The notes under the pieces were generated by a model. The model was not told where the DNA came from. It did no database searches and saw only the letters and a program-made list of their open reading frames with translations. A DNA stretch of 64,000 nt, taken from an uncultured Gammaproteobacteria bacterium (GTDB lineage Bacteria; Pseudomonadota; Gammaproteobacteria; GCA-001735895). The stretch covers positions 15,036 to 79,035 of the forward strand of contig CAXMSP010000016.1 of the NCBI GenBank assembly GCA_964196225.1, written 5' to 3'. Shown one piece after another: positions 63,577 through 64,000 of the stretch (its first letter is position 1; every line of letters begins with the position of its first letter). Made by a program: the position numbers and the translations under genes.

Positions 63577-64000
63577 TTAAACTGCCGCCGCGCCGCTGAC
63601 GATTTCGCTGATTTCCTGCGTAATGCTAGCCTGGCGTTCACGGTTGTAAATAAGTTGTAGCTCGTCGATCATGTCGCCCGCGTTGTCAGTAGCGCTCTTC
63701 ATCGCGATCATGCGCGCTGCCATTTCACAGGCCACATTTTCAACCACGCCCTGATAAACCAGCGACTCGATGTAACGCTCGAGTAAGTTGTCGAGTACTT
63801 CCTTCGACCCGGGCTCGTAAATGTAATCCCAGTGATGCTTTAGCTCTTCATCGGGTGCGGGCTCAACCGGCACCAACTGGGTAACGGTCGGTTGCTGGGT
63901 CATGGTATTAATAAATTCGTTAGAAATCAGATAGATCGCGTCGACTTCGCCTTTTTCATAACTGCTGAGCAAAACCTGCACAGGACCGATGATCTTGGCG
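63577..64000 (-). CDS. atpG: F1 ATP synthase gamma subunit, 5' end beyond the window
   Basis: It has the conserved C-terminal helix ..[27 protein letters not shown]. The frame is open to the window edge. Confidence 0.93.
   Translation of the reverse strand, partial: AKIIGPVQVLLSSYEKGEVDAIYLISNEFINTMTQQPTVTQLVPVEPAPDEELKHHWDYIYEPGSKEVLDNLLERYIESLVYQGVVENVACEMAARMIAMKSATDNAGDMIDELQLIYNRERQASITQEISEIVSGAAAV

Overview
This is a chromosomal window from a Gram-negative bacterium, probably a marine gammaproteobacterium. The atpGDC-glmUS, secB-gpsA and envC-ctpA-yibQ synteny supports that placement. I saw no rRNA, tRNA, CRISPR array, intact IS element or prophage.

Layout:
- 1-5.6 kb: 3' end of a canonical type IVa minor-pilin operon (pilW-pilX-pilY1-small ORF-pilE).
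- 5.7-8.1 kb: translationally coupled PP-loop ATPase / TusA-like / CDF transporter.
- 8.2-11.4 kb: glnA-ntrB, followed by an NtrC that has cleanly lost its sigma54 AAA+ core.
- 11.4-16.6 kb: hairpin repeats, ABC transporter pieces, an orphan pilin with a good -24/-12 promoter, and a polytopic histidine kinase.
- 16.7-36.0 kb: about 19 kb of uninterrupted minus-strand type IV filament genes, made of two juxtaposed modules. Module B is apparently complete but non-canonical, a T2SS/MSHA hybrid headed by a sigma54 response regulator. Module A is a decayed MSHA-like unit with a mshK::secretin-C-terminus chimera and a 32-aa mshN stub.
- 36.2-43.9 kb: housekeeping genes.
- 43.9-48.8 kb: an atypical GHKL kinase-like protein and an OmpR-type regulator, divergent from three uncharacterised envelope genes.
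- 48.9-51.4 kb: copA with a MerR-type promoter.
- 51.4-58.2 kb: a full cyanophycin cluster carrying an extra Mur-ligase-only paralog and a Kazal-like lipoprotein.
- 58.3-64.0 kb: glmS, glmU, atpC, atpD and partial atpG.

The most promising candidates for undescribed biology are the module B filament machine with its regulators, and the 43.9-48.8 kb two-component/envelope locus.

All functional calls come from reading motifs in the translated ORFs. No database search was run.
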